Source: Sedimentisphaerales bacterium (GTDB lineage Bacteria > Planctomycetota > Phycisphaerae > Sedimentisphaerales > SM23-30). From it: a stretch of 64,000 nucleotides of DNA. Numbering within the stretch: the first letter of the stretch is position 1; the number at the start of each line of letters is the position of its first letter. Of this stretch, positions 54,383-64,000 are shown piece by piece. The notes under the pieces were generated by a model, which was not told the DNA's origin, did no database searches, and was given only the letters and a program-made list of their open reading frames with translations. The DNA is taken from positions 160,001 through 224,000 of the forward strand of contig CAXXFK010000001.1 in the NCBI GenBank assembly GCA_963663965.2, read 5' to 3'. The position numbers and the translations under genes are program-made.

Positions 54383-55771
54383 ATGAAGAAAACGATTTTA
54401 CTTCTATTACCCGATGCCAAAATGCACAAACTCAAGATTGGGACTCATGTTCGATCCATGAGAGAGGCCCCATTGACACTGGCCTCACTTGCGGCTATGG
54501 CCCCGGCTGAATTTGAGTTTAATTTCGTTCTTATCGATGGCAGTATCGATCCGATCCCCTGGGAGATGAATCCTGATTTAGTGGGTATCAGCGTCATGAC
54601 GGGCACCGCGAATGAAGCCTATCGTATCGCCGATCATTTCAGGCAAAAGGGCGTCATCGTGGTCTTAGGAGGGGTTCACACCACCTTGATGCCCCAGGAA
54701 GCCGCTCAACATGCCGACAGCATGGTCATCGGCATGGCGGACACGGCATGGAAAGACCTTTTAACCGATTTCTGTCATCAAAAGCTCAAGTCTTGTTATG
54801 ATGGAACAAAAAGTGAAAACGATTGGCTCTGCGATATTCCATCCCCACGCCTCGATTTAATCCGCCGAAGCGGCTATATGGTTCCGGATTCCGTCCAGGC
54901 CACCCGGGGATGCAGTAAGAAGTGTGATTTTTGTTCGGTCCCCCCGGTCTGGAACCGGTTTCAAAAGAGACCGATAGCGGATATTGTCAGAGATATCCAG
55001 AAATGCCGAGGGCCGTATCTGGCCTTTGGCGATGTCAACTTAATCGACGACCTGACTTATGCCAGGGAACTCTTTACGGCATTGATTCCCTTAAAAAAGA
55101 AATGGGGCGGATTGGCGACCACAGAGATCCTACACGAACCGGAATTACTCGAACTCATGGGAAGAAGCGGATGTCAATTTTTACTGATTGGATTCGAATC
55201 GGTCAATCAGCCATCATTGAATCAGATTGCCAAGGGATTTAACCGCAGTAACGATTACAAAGAACTGGTTTACCGTTTACATCGGGCTGGCATCTCGGTA
55301 CAGGGTTGTTTTGTGTTCGGTTTTGATCATGACGATACCACGGTTTTTTCCCATACCGTGCAGCAGGTTCAGGAGTTGAGAATCGATATCCCCCGGTACT
55401 CAATCTACACGCCCTATCCGGGCACGCGCTTGTTTTCGCGCCTGGAAGCCGAACAACGAATCCTCAGTTACAACTGGGACGATTATGACACTATGCATGT
55501 CGTATTCGAACCGAAAAATATGAGCAGCAACGCGCTTTACACAGGCTTCAAATGGGCCTACCGGGAAACCTTCAGAATGAAGCATATCCTTCAACGGACC
55601 TGCGGTTTTCATGTTTCTTTTCCCATCAATCTGGTCGGGAACATCACATACCGGCAGTTTGTCAAACGTTTATATCGGGACCGCCGTTTCAGATCCCCCT
55701 ATTCAATCCATCATGCCGCGAAGAATTACCACACGGAGCGTATCCGGGCCTTACGATTATGCCACACGTAA
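54383..55771 (+). CDS. B12-binding-domain radical SAM protein 1
   Basis: PLTL..LA, DLVGIS, VVLGGVH.T (cobalamin-binding domain); TRGCSKKCDFC; IGFES; TPYPGT. Confidence 0.9.
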   Translation: MKKTILLLLPDAKMHKLKIGTHVRSMREAPLTLASLAAMAPAEFEFNFVLIDGSIDPIPWEMNPDLVGISVMTGTANEAYRIADHFRQKGVIVVLGGVHTTLMPQEAAQHADSMVIGMADTAWKDLLTDFCHQKLKSCYDGTKSENDWLCDIPSPRLDLIRRSGYMVPDSVQATRGCSKKCDFCSVPPVWNRFQKRPIADIVRDIQKCRGPYLAFGDVNLIDDLTYARELFTALIPLKKKWGGLATTEILHEPELLELMGRSGCQFLLIGFESVNQPSLNQIAKGFNRSNDYKELVYRLHRAGISVQGCFVFGFDHDDTTVFSHTVQQVQELRIDIPRYSIYTPYPGTRLFSRLEAEQRILSYNWDDYDTMHVVFEPKNMSSNALYTGFKWAYRETFRMKHILQRTCGFHVSFPINLVGNITYRQFVKRLYRDRRFRSPYSIHHAAKNYHTERIRALRLCHT

Positions 55772-57108
55772 CATTCATCTATCCCAGTATCGGGCGTTTT
55801 GAAGATACCCGCTATGTCCGTTCCTGGCAAATGCAACCTCTCAGCATCGCATTGCTGGCCGGACTGACTCCCGCCCATTGGGATAAAACTTTTTTTGACG
55901 ACCGACTGGAAGCGATCGATTATCATATTCCAACCGATCTGGTGGCCATCTCCGTTGAAACTTACACGGCCAAGCGAGCCTATCAAATCGCCAGAACGTT
56001 TCGAGACAAAGGGATACCCATCGTTATGGGAGGCTATCATCCGACTCTCTGTCCGCAAGAAGTTCAACACTATACCGACGCCCTTTGCATCGGGCAGGCG
56101 GAAGGGGTCTGGGAACAAATATTAAGCGATCGGGAAAACCAATCACTCCAGAAAACCTATCAAAGCCCGGAAAACACCCCCATATCTTCCCGTTTCGATC
56201 GAACCATTTTTCAAGGCAAAAACTATCTAAGCCTCGGTCTGGTTGAGGCGGGACGAGGGTGTCCTTTTCGCTGTAATTTTTGTTCGATAACCGCCTTTTA
56301 TCAGGCTAAATACCAGCGAAAAAACATTTCAGATCTCGTTAACGAAATCAAGCAATTCCCACACAAACTCATCTTCTTTGTCGATGACAATCTGGTGGCG
56401 GATTTTGAATCCGCCAAAGCGCTTTTCCGGGCGATTATTCCACTCAAGATCAGATGGATCAGTCAAGTAAGTATTAATATTGCTGCGGACCGGGAATTGA
56501 TGGACCTGATGGTAGAAAGCGGGTGTATCGGCGTTTTAATCGGATTCGAATCCCTATGCGCCCATCATATGAAAACGATGAACAAGCAAGTCAACATTGC
56601 CTGCGATTACCCAGCCGTTCTTTCTGATATTCAAACCGCGGGTATTCGCGTCTATGGCACATTCATGTTTGGCAACGAATTTGACAGTCAGGACCTGATG
56701 GATCAAACCTACTCTTTTGCCGTGCAGCACAAGCTGTTTCTGGCCGCCTTCAATCATATCGTTCCCTTTCCAGGCACCTCTTTATATGAGACCTTGAAAA
56801 CGCAAGGATCCCTGACCTATGACAGCTGGTGGTTGAGCGATGAGTACCGTTTTGGACAAATCCCTTATCATCCGAATTGCGACATGGATAGTCTACAGGT
56901 TGAAAATGGTTGTATGGAACTCAGAAAAAAATTTTACAGTTTAGCTTCCATTTTGAAACGATCTTTGGATATAAAATGCAATTGCAAAGACTTGAAAAGT
57001 TTTGCAACCTACTGGATTGTCAATTTACTAATGAGGAAAGAACTCCATCAGAAATTTGGATTACCTTTGGGAGTTCGGCAGAAAATTGACGGAAATGGCC
57101 ATGTCTAA
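55759..57108 (+). CDS. B12-binding-domain radical SAM protein 2
   Basis: Start MPHVTF overlaps the upstream stop; MGGYHPT; GRGCPFRCNFC; FVDDN; IGFES; PFPGT. Confidence 0.9.
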   Translation: MPHVTFIYPSIGRFEDTRYVRSWQMQPLSIALLAGLTPAHWDKTFFDDRLEAIDYHIPTDLVAISVETYTAKRAYQIARTFRDKGIPIVMGGYHPTLCPQEVQHYTDALCIGQAEGVWEQILSDRENQSLQKTYQSPENTPISSRFDRTIFQGKNYLSLGLVEAGRGCPFRCNFCSITAFYQAKYQRKNISDLVNEIKQFPHKLIFFVDDNLVADFESAKALFRAIIPLKIRWISQVSINIAADRELMDLMVESGCIGVLIGFESLCAHHMKTMNKQVNIACDYPAVLSDIQTAGIRVYGTFMFGNEFDSQDLMDQTYSFAVQHKLFLAAFNHIVPFPGTSLYETLKTQGSLTYDSWWLSDEYRFGQIPYHPNCDMDSLQVENGCMELRKKFYSLASILKRSLDIKCNCKDLKSFATYWIVNLLMRKELHQKFGLPLGVRQKIDGNGHV

Positions 57109-58213
57109 ATACGAATTCAGCCTGGCTAATCCTGCTGATGAATCTCAGCTTCGTGAATTGATCAAAACCATCATTATGGACGGCGCCCTGCGCATATCGT
57201 ATCAACGGGAACCCGATTTTTTTCTCGCTTCCCAAGTGGAAGGACGATCGGTTCAAACCATTGTTATGCGCGAAAAAACGACGGGGCAAATTGTCGGCAT
57301 GGGCAACCGATCTGTCAAGGACGTGTATATCAATGGCCATAAAAGCTCAATCGGCTATTTAAGCAGTTTAAGAGGACGGCATGAACATCGGAAAAGCACC
57401 GGACTCGTAAAAGGGTATCGTTTTCTTAAGCAATGTCATGACCAGGATCCCCAAACGCGTCTCTATCTATCCACCATCCTAGAAGACAACAACTACGCCC
57501 GAAACATTCTGGAATCGGGACGGTGTGGATTGCCATGTTATCACGATATTGGCCGGTTTTATGCGTGTGCGGTCGGTTTGAGACAGAAGACTATTTTTAA
57601 CCCCTCTAACAACTATATGGTACGCCAGGCATCTCCTGAAGACGCGGTCTCAATCGCAACCTTTTTGAATCAAGAAGGGAAACAGAAACAATTTTTTCCC
57701 TGTTACACCCTGGAAGACCTCATTGGAGACAGTGGCTTGCTGCCAGGTTTGCCACCTGACCATATTCATCTGGCTTTTCAGAATGAAAGGCTGGTTGGAG
57801 TTACTGCCGCCTGGGACCAGAAATCGTTCAGGCAATCTTTCTTCCTGGGGTATCGTTCCAAGCTTAAATTTATCAAACCCCTAGTCAATCCTATTGCCCG
57901 GTTTCTGGGGTATCCCGTCCTGCCCGCCGAGGGTCAACGCCTGAACTATCTCAACCTGGCCTTAGTGTGTGTGGTCAATAACCAACCTGACATCTTTGAG
58001 GCCTTGCTCTGCCATATTCACCAGACCTACCAAAGGCATTATTCCTTTTATATGGCGGGATTGCATGAATCGGATCCTTTATTAAGCGTGATCTTTCAAT
58101 TGAAACATATACCCTATCCCAGCCGATTATATCTAGTCTGCTGGGAGGACGGCGAGGATCATTACCAAACACTGGATACACGAATCCCCTATCTCGAGAC
58201 AGGCGCTTTATAA
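57095..58213 (+). CDS. GNAT-like hypothetical protein
   Basis: YQREPDFF, IVGMG.RSV, IGYLSSLR...HR (acyl-CoA-binding-like motif); two-domain size. Confidence 0.55.
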   Translation: MAMSKYEFSLANPADESQLRELIKTIIMDGALRISYQREPDFFLASQVEGRSVQTIVMREKTTGQIVGMGNRSVKDVYINGHKSSIGYLSSLRGRHEHRKSTGLVKGYRFLKQCHDQDPQTRLYLSTILEDNNYARNILESGRCGLPCYHDIGRFYACAVGLRQKTIFNPSNNYMVRQASPEDAVSIATFLNQEGKQKQFFPCYTLEDLIGDSGLLPGLPPDHIHLAFQNERLVGVTAAWDQKSFRQSFFLGYRSKLKFIKPLVNPIARFLGYPVLPAEGQRLNYLNLALVCVVNNQPDIFEALLCHIHQTYQRHYSFYMAGLHESDPLLSVIFQLKHIPYPSRLYLVCWEDGEDHYQTLDTRIPYLETGAL

Positions 58214-58923
58214 TGAATGTAACGGGAATTCTTTTAGACATCAAACACCTCACTCCAGATCAGATACATATCCTGTATACTCTGATGACAAAATATTATG
58301 ACGGCATCGACCTGGTTCGTTTTCGCCAGGATCTATTTGCCAAGGATAAAATTATTCTTCTACTTAATAAACAAGATGAACCGATCGGATTCTCGACCCA
58401 ACAATTCATTTCGCTCCAGTACCGGTCAAAGGAGATCCAGGTCGTATTTTCGGGTGACACTATTATTGATAAAGCCTATTGGGGCACCACTGCCCTGCCT
58501 GTCACCTGGGGCCAGATGATGCTTGATATCCAATCGCAGTTTCCCACGAAAGATTTGTATTGGTTTTTAATCAGCAAAGGATATCGTACCTATCGTTTTT
58601 TACCCGTTTTTTTCAAGGATTACTACCCCCGGAGAGACCTGCCGACTCCGGTCTATGAGAAAAATATGATTGCGTTATTATGCCAAACGTTGTTTCCGGG
58701 ACGATATGATTCCGAACGCCAAATCATACGCGGCGCGGAAGAACCGCAGCGGTTAAAACCAGAGTATGCTGAAATTGCATCCGAACGCTTAAAGCATCAG
58801 GATATCCAATACTTCGTTCAGTCAAATCCCAATTATGGCAATGGAGATGAACTGGCCTGTATTGCCAAATTTGACACATGGAATCTCAGTCCTTTTTTAC
58901 TTAAGCGGATTCTTGCCAAATAA
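58213..58923 (+). CDS. Hypothetical protein, possibly GNAT-fold
   Basis: TAATG coupling; GFSTQ, FSGDTIIDKAYWG, WFLISKGYRTYRFLP, NPNYGNGDELAC. Confidence 0.55.
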   Translation: MNVTGILLDIKHLTPDQIHILYTLMTKYYDGIDLVRFRQDLFAKDKIILLLNKQDEPIGFSTQQFISLQYRSKEIQVVFSGDTIIDKAYWGTTALPVTWGQMMLDIQSQFPTKDLYWFLISKGYRTYRFLPVFFKDYYPRRDLPTPVYEKNMIALLCQTLFPGRYDSERQIIRGAEEPQRLKPEYAEIASERLKHQDIQYFVQSNPNYGNGDELACIAKFDTWNLSPFLLKRILAK

Positions 58924-58928
58924 GTTTT

Positions 58929-60521
58929 ATGATGGTTTTTACCTGTTTAATCAATCATTTCTGGACGGGCCTCATGAAAGGCGCCTGTCGGCAGTTTCTT
59001 CATGCGACTCATCATACCGAACACTGCCAACGCGTTTATCTGAAACAGCTTCTCCAACGCAACCAAAGCAGCGAATATGGGATAAAATTTTCGTTTGACA
59101 AAATCACCTCTGCCGAAGCGTTTCAACAATCGATCCCTTTAACCCATTATGAAGACTATCTACCCTATATTGAAAAGATATCGAACCAACAGAATGCCAT
59201 CCTGACTCATGATCCAGTGATCCTATTCGAACCCACCAGCGGGAGCAGTTCCGCCTCAAAATACATACCCTATACAAATTCATTGAAGCAGGAATTCCAG
59301 CAAGCCATTCATCCCTGGATTTTCAGCTTATTCAGAGAGAATCCTACTCTCTACCGATCGCGGTCATACTGGTCCATTTCACCAAAACTGAATGAAGAAC
59401 GGAGGTATAATCAATTGAGAGTGGGTTTCGAAAATGATAGCGATTACCTGGGGACTTTGGGAAAATATTGTCATCATCGGGTATGTGTATCCGATTCGAG
59501 TCTATCCACACCCCAGGATCTCAATACGTTCAGAAACATGACCCTGATACTTTTACTGGAAGCTTCCGATCTGGGATTTATATCCATCTGGCATCCAACC
59601 TTTTTGACACTCTTACTAGACCATTTCCATGCCAATCAAGAGGTTATCCTCGAAAAATTATATGTTAAAAATATAGCCAGATATCGATTTGTAAAAAAAT
59701 GTCTACGCGAATCACCCGGCAGACTATTTCAGGAGATATGGCCGCAGCTAAAGGTCATCAGTTGCTGGCAAGATGGCAATTCGACTGGAGCCACTCGTGA
59801 ATTAATGACTTATTTTCCTGATGTTTATTTTCAACGCAAGGGATTAATCGCCACGGAAGGAGTCGTTTCTTTCCCTTTAGAGCCATATCCCGAGCCGATA
59901 CTGGCAATTCGTTCACATTTTTATGAATTTATCGATCAATCAGACGGGAATATCCGATTCGCCCATCAATTGGAAAAAGGGAAATATTATTCTGTTGTGA
60001 TTACAACGGCCGGTGGCTTTTATCGATATCAACTTAAAGATATTGTTGAGATTACCGGTTTTATGCACTCGGCTCCGACCATGCGTTTTGTCGGCAAAGA
60101 GGAGTCAACAATCGATTTGTTTGGTGAGAAGCTGAATGAGGCCTTTGTGGGAGAGTGCCTGAAAGATTTATTTGCCCAATATCAAATGAATCCCTCATTC
60201 CATATCATATCCCCAATGAAAAAAGCCGGGGGATCGGCTGCTTACGTTCTTTTTCTGGTTGAAGAGAAATTATCGGACGAACAGGCACAGCAATTTATCC
60301 ATAAACTGGACAATAAGCTTCGAGAAAATTTTCACTACCATTATTGCCGCAAACTTGGACAGCTTGCCCCGATCAGGTTGTTTCGAATACGAGAAAAGGC
60401 AGAAGAAATCTATTGGGGTAAAAAATTTGAACAGAAGATAAGACTGGGAGATATCAAAACACCCCTGCTGGATAAATGTGAATATTGGCAGGACATATTT
60501 AATGGTTATTTTATAGATTAA
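58929..60521 (+). CDS. GH3 (auxin-responsive) family acyl-adenylate/amide ligase
   Basis: PLTHYEDY, PTSGSS..SKYIP, ATEG, FYEF, ITTAGGFYRYQLKD, DLFGEKL. Confidence 0.85.
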   Translation: MMVFTCLINHFWTGLMKGACRQFLHATHHTEHCQRVYLKQLLQRNQSSEYGIKFSFDKITSAEAFQQSIPLTHYEDYLPYIEKISNQQNAILTHDPVILFEPTSGSSSASKYIPYTNSLKQEFQQAIHPWIFSLFRENPTLYRSRSYWSISPKLNEERRYNQLRVGFENDSDYLGTLGKYCHHRVCVSDSSLSTPQDLNTFRNMTLILLLEASDLGFISIWHPTFLTLLLDHFHANQEVILEKLYVKNIARYRFVKKCLRESPGRLFQEIWPQLKVISCWQDGNSTGATRELMTYFPDVYFQRKGLIATEGVVSFPLEPYPEPILAIRSHFYEFIDQSDGNIRFAHQLEKGKYYSVVITTAGGFYRYQLKDIVEITGFMHSAPTMRFVGKEESTIDLFGEKLNEAFVGECLKDLFAQYQMNPSFHIISPMKKAGGSAAYVLFLVEEKLSDEQAQQFIHKLDNKLRENFHYHYCRKLGQLAPIRLFRIREKAEEIYWGKKFEQKIRLGDIKTPLLDKCEYWQDIFNGYFID

Positions 60522-60754
60522 TCACATTGTGAACAAGATATCACAAGCGAGAGTGATAAAAAATGTACAAAAAAACGCTTTATGTGAATCAGGTGGGAGG
60601 AGTAACGTAGGAGGAGTGTGGATTCTGCCCCTGACTTGGAGTCAGGGCCGGATTCTCATTATTTCTGTGAAAATCGAGGAGCACAGAGAAAATTAAAAAA
60701 AGCCTTTTAGGAAAGAATGATTTTTGTCTGTCAAATGGAACAAAAGTACTTTTA

Positions 60755-62890
60755 CTAATAGATACAGGCAGGTTCGGAGGTTTCGATGGTCAGCTGGTAA
60801 TAATCCACGCCAGTATCGTCTTCGACGATGACATCCAGGCTGTTGTGGTGTTTTAGAAGATGCCGGATATCTATGGTGCTGCCGTCGGGCATGGGCAAGG
60901 CGGACAGATCCAGTTCAAAGACCACATCGGGGCTGTCAAAGGAGACGAAACCATCCTCCACGGTTTTGATACACTCCCAGGGATAATCCAGCAAACCGCT
61001 GTCGCCGGGGGCTCCGTTTTCGGTACCGAAGGGGCGGGACCAGATAATCTGATCATCGAGCGGCCAGCCAGGATCGGAAACAAAGCCCAGACGGATCCGG
61101 TCTGTTTTTTCACCGCCGTTGTTATAGCCGCACTTGGCATGGAACTTCAGAGTGGCTGAGGTGATCTCCGCATCAGCAGGTATATCCGTCAGCAGGAAAG
61201 TGTGGGCGATCCGCTGTTCAGTGGGGTAATAATCCTGACCGTTAATGCCGTACCAGGTCATGCCGGGGATCAGGTCGGTGTCTGTGACGTTCTGCTGGTT
61301 TAATGCGTCGAACAGTTCGTTACCAGGGATAGCATCATCGTTGGGAGTCTGGCCGAAATCAGGATCGAAGATGAAATTGTCTTCATCGCCGACCTGGTAT
61401 TGATAGGATCCTGTGATGGTCGTGTTGAAATCCCGCAACCAATAGGAAGCCAGGATAGCGAAGTCCTTGAGGTTGACGATCTGGTCCAGATTCAAATCGG
61501 CGGATAAATCAGATGAACCAGAGGGTACATTGTAGAGATACTGGATTTCATCTACAGATAAGGCACGATTATAGATACGGACTTCGTCAATGAGACCATG
61601 GAAAGCAGTAATTGCATATGGTATTGGGCTATTGGCGCCAACTATTAACGTAAGTTTATCTTTATCCAAGGCACCGCTGACTGCCTGAGAAATGGTTTCA
61701 TTGCCATTTTCATAAACACTGATATTGCTGCCATCATACATAAATACAATATGTTGCCATGCATTAGCCGTTAACCTATTAGTTGAATACAACTGCCTTG
61801 GCGATAAGCCGGGCAAATCAAACCATAATTGATAGTCAGAATTTATTATTGGTGCCCAGGCTTCGCCCTTATTTATAACAATCATATAATTACCATTAAA
61901 ATCATAGACTTTTACCCAACAGGAGAAAGTAAAAGGAGGATAACTATTTAAGGATTCATCATAAGGAATCTCGACATGATCCTCTACCCCATCAAAACTT
62001 AAAGCTGATCCAGAAACACCATTGGTATAGGCAGCTCCGTATATTGCTCCATGATTACCATAGCCAGATTTATCATAAGCTACTTTACCTTCACCTTCAT
62101 CAAAGCTCCAGTAACCGATTAAATCCGAATTGATACCAAGCGTACTCTCAAGAAGCCATTGATCGACCATTCCCTGCAGGTCGAATTTATCCAGTATGCA
62201 ATCTCTATTGATGTCTGCATCTAAATTATCCGTATATTCAATTTTCAAGTTATAGATATCGACAAATTCAGCATAGCCCCCATGCCATGAATATAAACCA
62301 CCATATAAATCCTTTTTGTTGAAATAATCAAGCATACTTGAGGACAGAACGGTTTGGTTATCAATAACGACTTGAATTAACTCGGTGTTTTTACAATAAT
62401 CAATTATGATGCTATGAACAGTACCATCACTGACATTGATTCCAAAAGGATAAAGGTCAATCTCAACTATTTCCGCACCATCCAAAGATAATTTTATATT
62501 ATTATCACTTACATCATCGGCTTCACCTGCAGGGGTATTATTCCAGGTATCCAACCAGATCGATAATCCTTTCGAAGGAACAAGACTCGTCGCTCTATCA
62601 GGCACACATTGAAAAACCAGACCATCCGCTCCTCCACCGGTCCAATTTCTTATACTAAACTCAAATTCCACTCTAAAATCCTCTGACACATTTATCGGTT
62701 TATCATACCAGACAGATCCCCAAACCCCAGATACCGGGCTAGTATACATCCTTATATTATTGCCATTTTTTGTTGCCTGACCATAAAATACTAGATTCTC
62801 TATTGAGTTAAAATCAGGATATTCCACTAAAATAGCAAATGAATTCAAGGTGACAATTATAAACCCAAATATGACTAAATAAATTTTCAT
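60755..62890 (-). CDS. Secreted L-type lectin + LamG protein with two internal dockerin-like motifs
   Basis: GSVWYDKP..F.VEFEF...GGADGL.F (legume lectin); YWSFDEG...GLIDEVRIYNRALS (LamG); ADINRDCILD and ADLNLDQIVNLKDFAILASYWL. Confidence 0.8.
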   Translation of the reverse strand: MKIYLVIFGFIIVTLNSFAILVEYPDFNSIENLVFYGQATKNGNNIRMYTSPVSGVWGSVWYDKPINVSEDFRVEFEFSIRNWTGGGADGLVFQCVPDRATSLVPSKGLSIWLDTWNNTPAGEADDVSDNNIKLSLDGAEIVEIDLYPFGINVSDGTVHSIIIDYCKNTELIQVVIDNQTVLSSSMLDYFNKKDLYGGLYSWHGGYAEFVDIYNLKIEYTDNLDADINRDCILDKFDLQGMVDQWLLESTLGINSDLIGYWSFDEGEGKVAYDKSGYGNHGAIYGAAYTNGVSGSALSFDGVEDHVEIPYDESLNSYPPFTFSCWVKVYDFNGNYMIVINKGEAWAPIINSDYQLWFDLPGLSPRQLYSTNRLTANAWQHIVFMYDGSNISVYENGNETISQAVSGALDKDKLTLIVGANSPIPYAITAFHGLIDEVRIYNRALSVDEIQYLYNVPSGSSDLSADLNLDQIVNLKDFAILASYWLRDFNTTITGSYQYQVGDEDNFIFDPDFGQTPNDDAIPGNELFDALNQQNVTDTDLIPGMTWYGINGQDYYPTEQRIAHTFLLTDIPADAEITSATLKFHAKCGYNNGGEKTDRIRLGFVSDPGWPLDDQIIWSRPFGTENGAPGDSGLLDYPWECIKTVEDGFVSFDSPDVVFELDLSALPMPDGSTIDIRHLLKHHNSLDVIVEDDTGVDYYQLTIETSEPACIY

Positions 62891-63293
62891 GAGTTCCACC
62901 TTTAGGATAATAATACTCGAAATATCAATTCAATTTGAAATAGATTTTTTTCGACTCAGGTATTATGTTACTAGACATGACAGCAGGTCAAGAAAAATTG
63001 TTTTCAGTGGAAATTAATTGCGACAAACTGTAAAGAGAGGCAGAATAGCAAAGACAGGCAAGACACAATTAATGTATCAGTTAAAGTTAGATGGTGGGTT
63101 CATTAAACATCTGGCCAGATGAATTAACGAGATATGGGAAATCATTAAAATGAAACTATTTCTTTTAGTACTTGGTTAAACGCCTTGGAAAAGCTTTAGA
63201 AGTTTTTCAAGACATAATAAAGAAAATTGATCAAAACACGTTGTTTACAGACGGACAAGAGTTGTTAAAAAGATGTAGATTTGAGACTTTAAA

Positions 63294-63377
63294 ATTGCAA
63301 AGCTCTGATTACGATAATGGATGAAATTGGATAGCGGGGATTCATGAGGATTTAATCACGAGGGGAATGCACGGACA
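63294..63377 (+). repeat. ~80-bp degenerate direct repeat, copy 2
   Basis: Matches 54011-54088 (see that entry). Confidence 0.65.
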
Positions 63378-63557
63378 TCGCGGAGGTGTAATGGGTAGTG
63401 GGCGAAATAGTGTGTGAACGGATCAATAATGAGAAGTACGTTCAGCGGAGACTCCGTACGGGTGTGGAATTTTCGCTTGATCGGGTATTTGGGGGGAAGT
63501 ATATTATTTGACGTGCCAGATTGTTATTTGGTATTTGAATTTGTGAATGAAATAAAT

Positions 63558-63647
63558 CACGCTGAAGCGTGTACTCCATACGGACTCCATATGAACTTCA
63601 TACAAACTACGTCCGTAAAAAAACACGCTAAAGCGTGTACTCCATAC
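63558..63647. repeat. Two REP-like palindromes in direct orientation
   Basis: CACGCT(G/A)AAGCGTG-TACTCCATAC at 63558-63581 and 63624-63647. Confidence 0.7.
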
Positions 63648-63686
63648 ATATTGAGTCGATGGATTCAGTTTGAAAGGATAATGTTG

Positions 63687-64000
63687 ATGAACAAGATGAA
63701 AATGCTGGTAGCAACCGGGATGATGGCGATGGCGGTGAGTTGTTGGGGGGCGGAGGCGCCGTCGGAGTTGACGGGGGCGTTGAACGATGCGGGGCGATGT
63801 GAGGCGTTTATGGACTGGGGGCTGGGGATGTTTGTGCATTGGAGTATGGATTCGCAGCTGGGATGTGTGATCAGTCACAGCATGGTGGGCGCGTCGGAAG
63901 ATTACCTGGAACGGTATCTCCATGAGCTGCCGAAGACATTCGATCCGGATGAGTACGAGCCGGCAAAGTGGATGAAACTCTTCAAGCTGGCGGGGTGCCG
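63687..64000 (+). CDS. GH29 alpha-L-fucosidase, 5' part (runs off window)
   Basis: Manual translation: signal peptide, FMDWGLGMFVHW, FDPDEYEPAKWMKLFKLAGC; RBS AAAGGA. Confidence 0.8.
   Translation, partial: MNKMKMLVATGMMAMAVSCWGAEAPSELTGALNDAGRCEAFMDWGLGMFVHWSMDSQLGCVISHSMVGASEDYLERYLHELPKTFDPDEYEPAKWMKLFKLAGC

Noticed and set aside
63504..63923. 139-aa minus-strand ORF with VWSTRFSV repeats
   Set aside because: It is antisense to the GH29 gene, and the peptide repeats are simply the translated REP-like palindromes.

Overview
Bacterial window. Gene content, including many secreted proteins ending in D-x-N-x-D-x-x-V-D-x-x-D-L/F...W dockerin-like tails, suggests a Planctomycetota/Phycisphaerae (Sedimentisphaerales-like) genome; this is inference. 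1-14.5 kb is mostly housekeeping: a glycogen-debranching enzyme, lptF/lptG-like permeases, a GldA/F/G-like ABC operon with a DUF4340 protein, a MEMO1/AmrB homologue and efp. 14.5-38 kb is accessory: secreted dockerin-tailed proteins (two hit by ISL3 and IS630 elements), a GH27 glycosidase, an esterase and a large GLUG-repeat protein, interleaved with mosaic non-coding repeats. Next come proA/proB, an XRE-cupin regulator, a HEAT-repeat protein, an FGE/CLec - CARDB - FGE/CLec surface-protein trio, a five-gene cluster (2 B12-radical SAM, 2 GNAT-like, GH3 ligase), a lectin/LamG protein and the start of a GH29 fucosidase. Many genes carry single extra bases in short homopolymers, most likely long-read errors. 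The main unexplained structures are: (i) a perfect sigma70 promoter plus boxA upstream of an ORF-less ~800-nt leader with a 12-mer repeated at exactly 189-bp spacing; (ii) boxA-associated mosaics of ~9-nt tandem repeats with nested mini-palindromes; (iii) the radical SAM/GH3 cluster bracketed by an ~80-bp degenerate direct repeat; (iv) the FGE-CARDB trio, with a DGR-like variable tip and a possible donor-strand assembly. No rRNA, tRNA, CRISPR array or reverse transcriptase was found.
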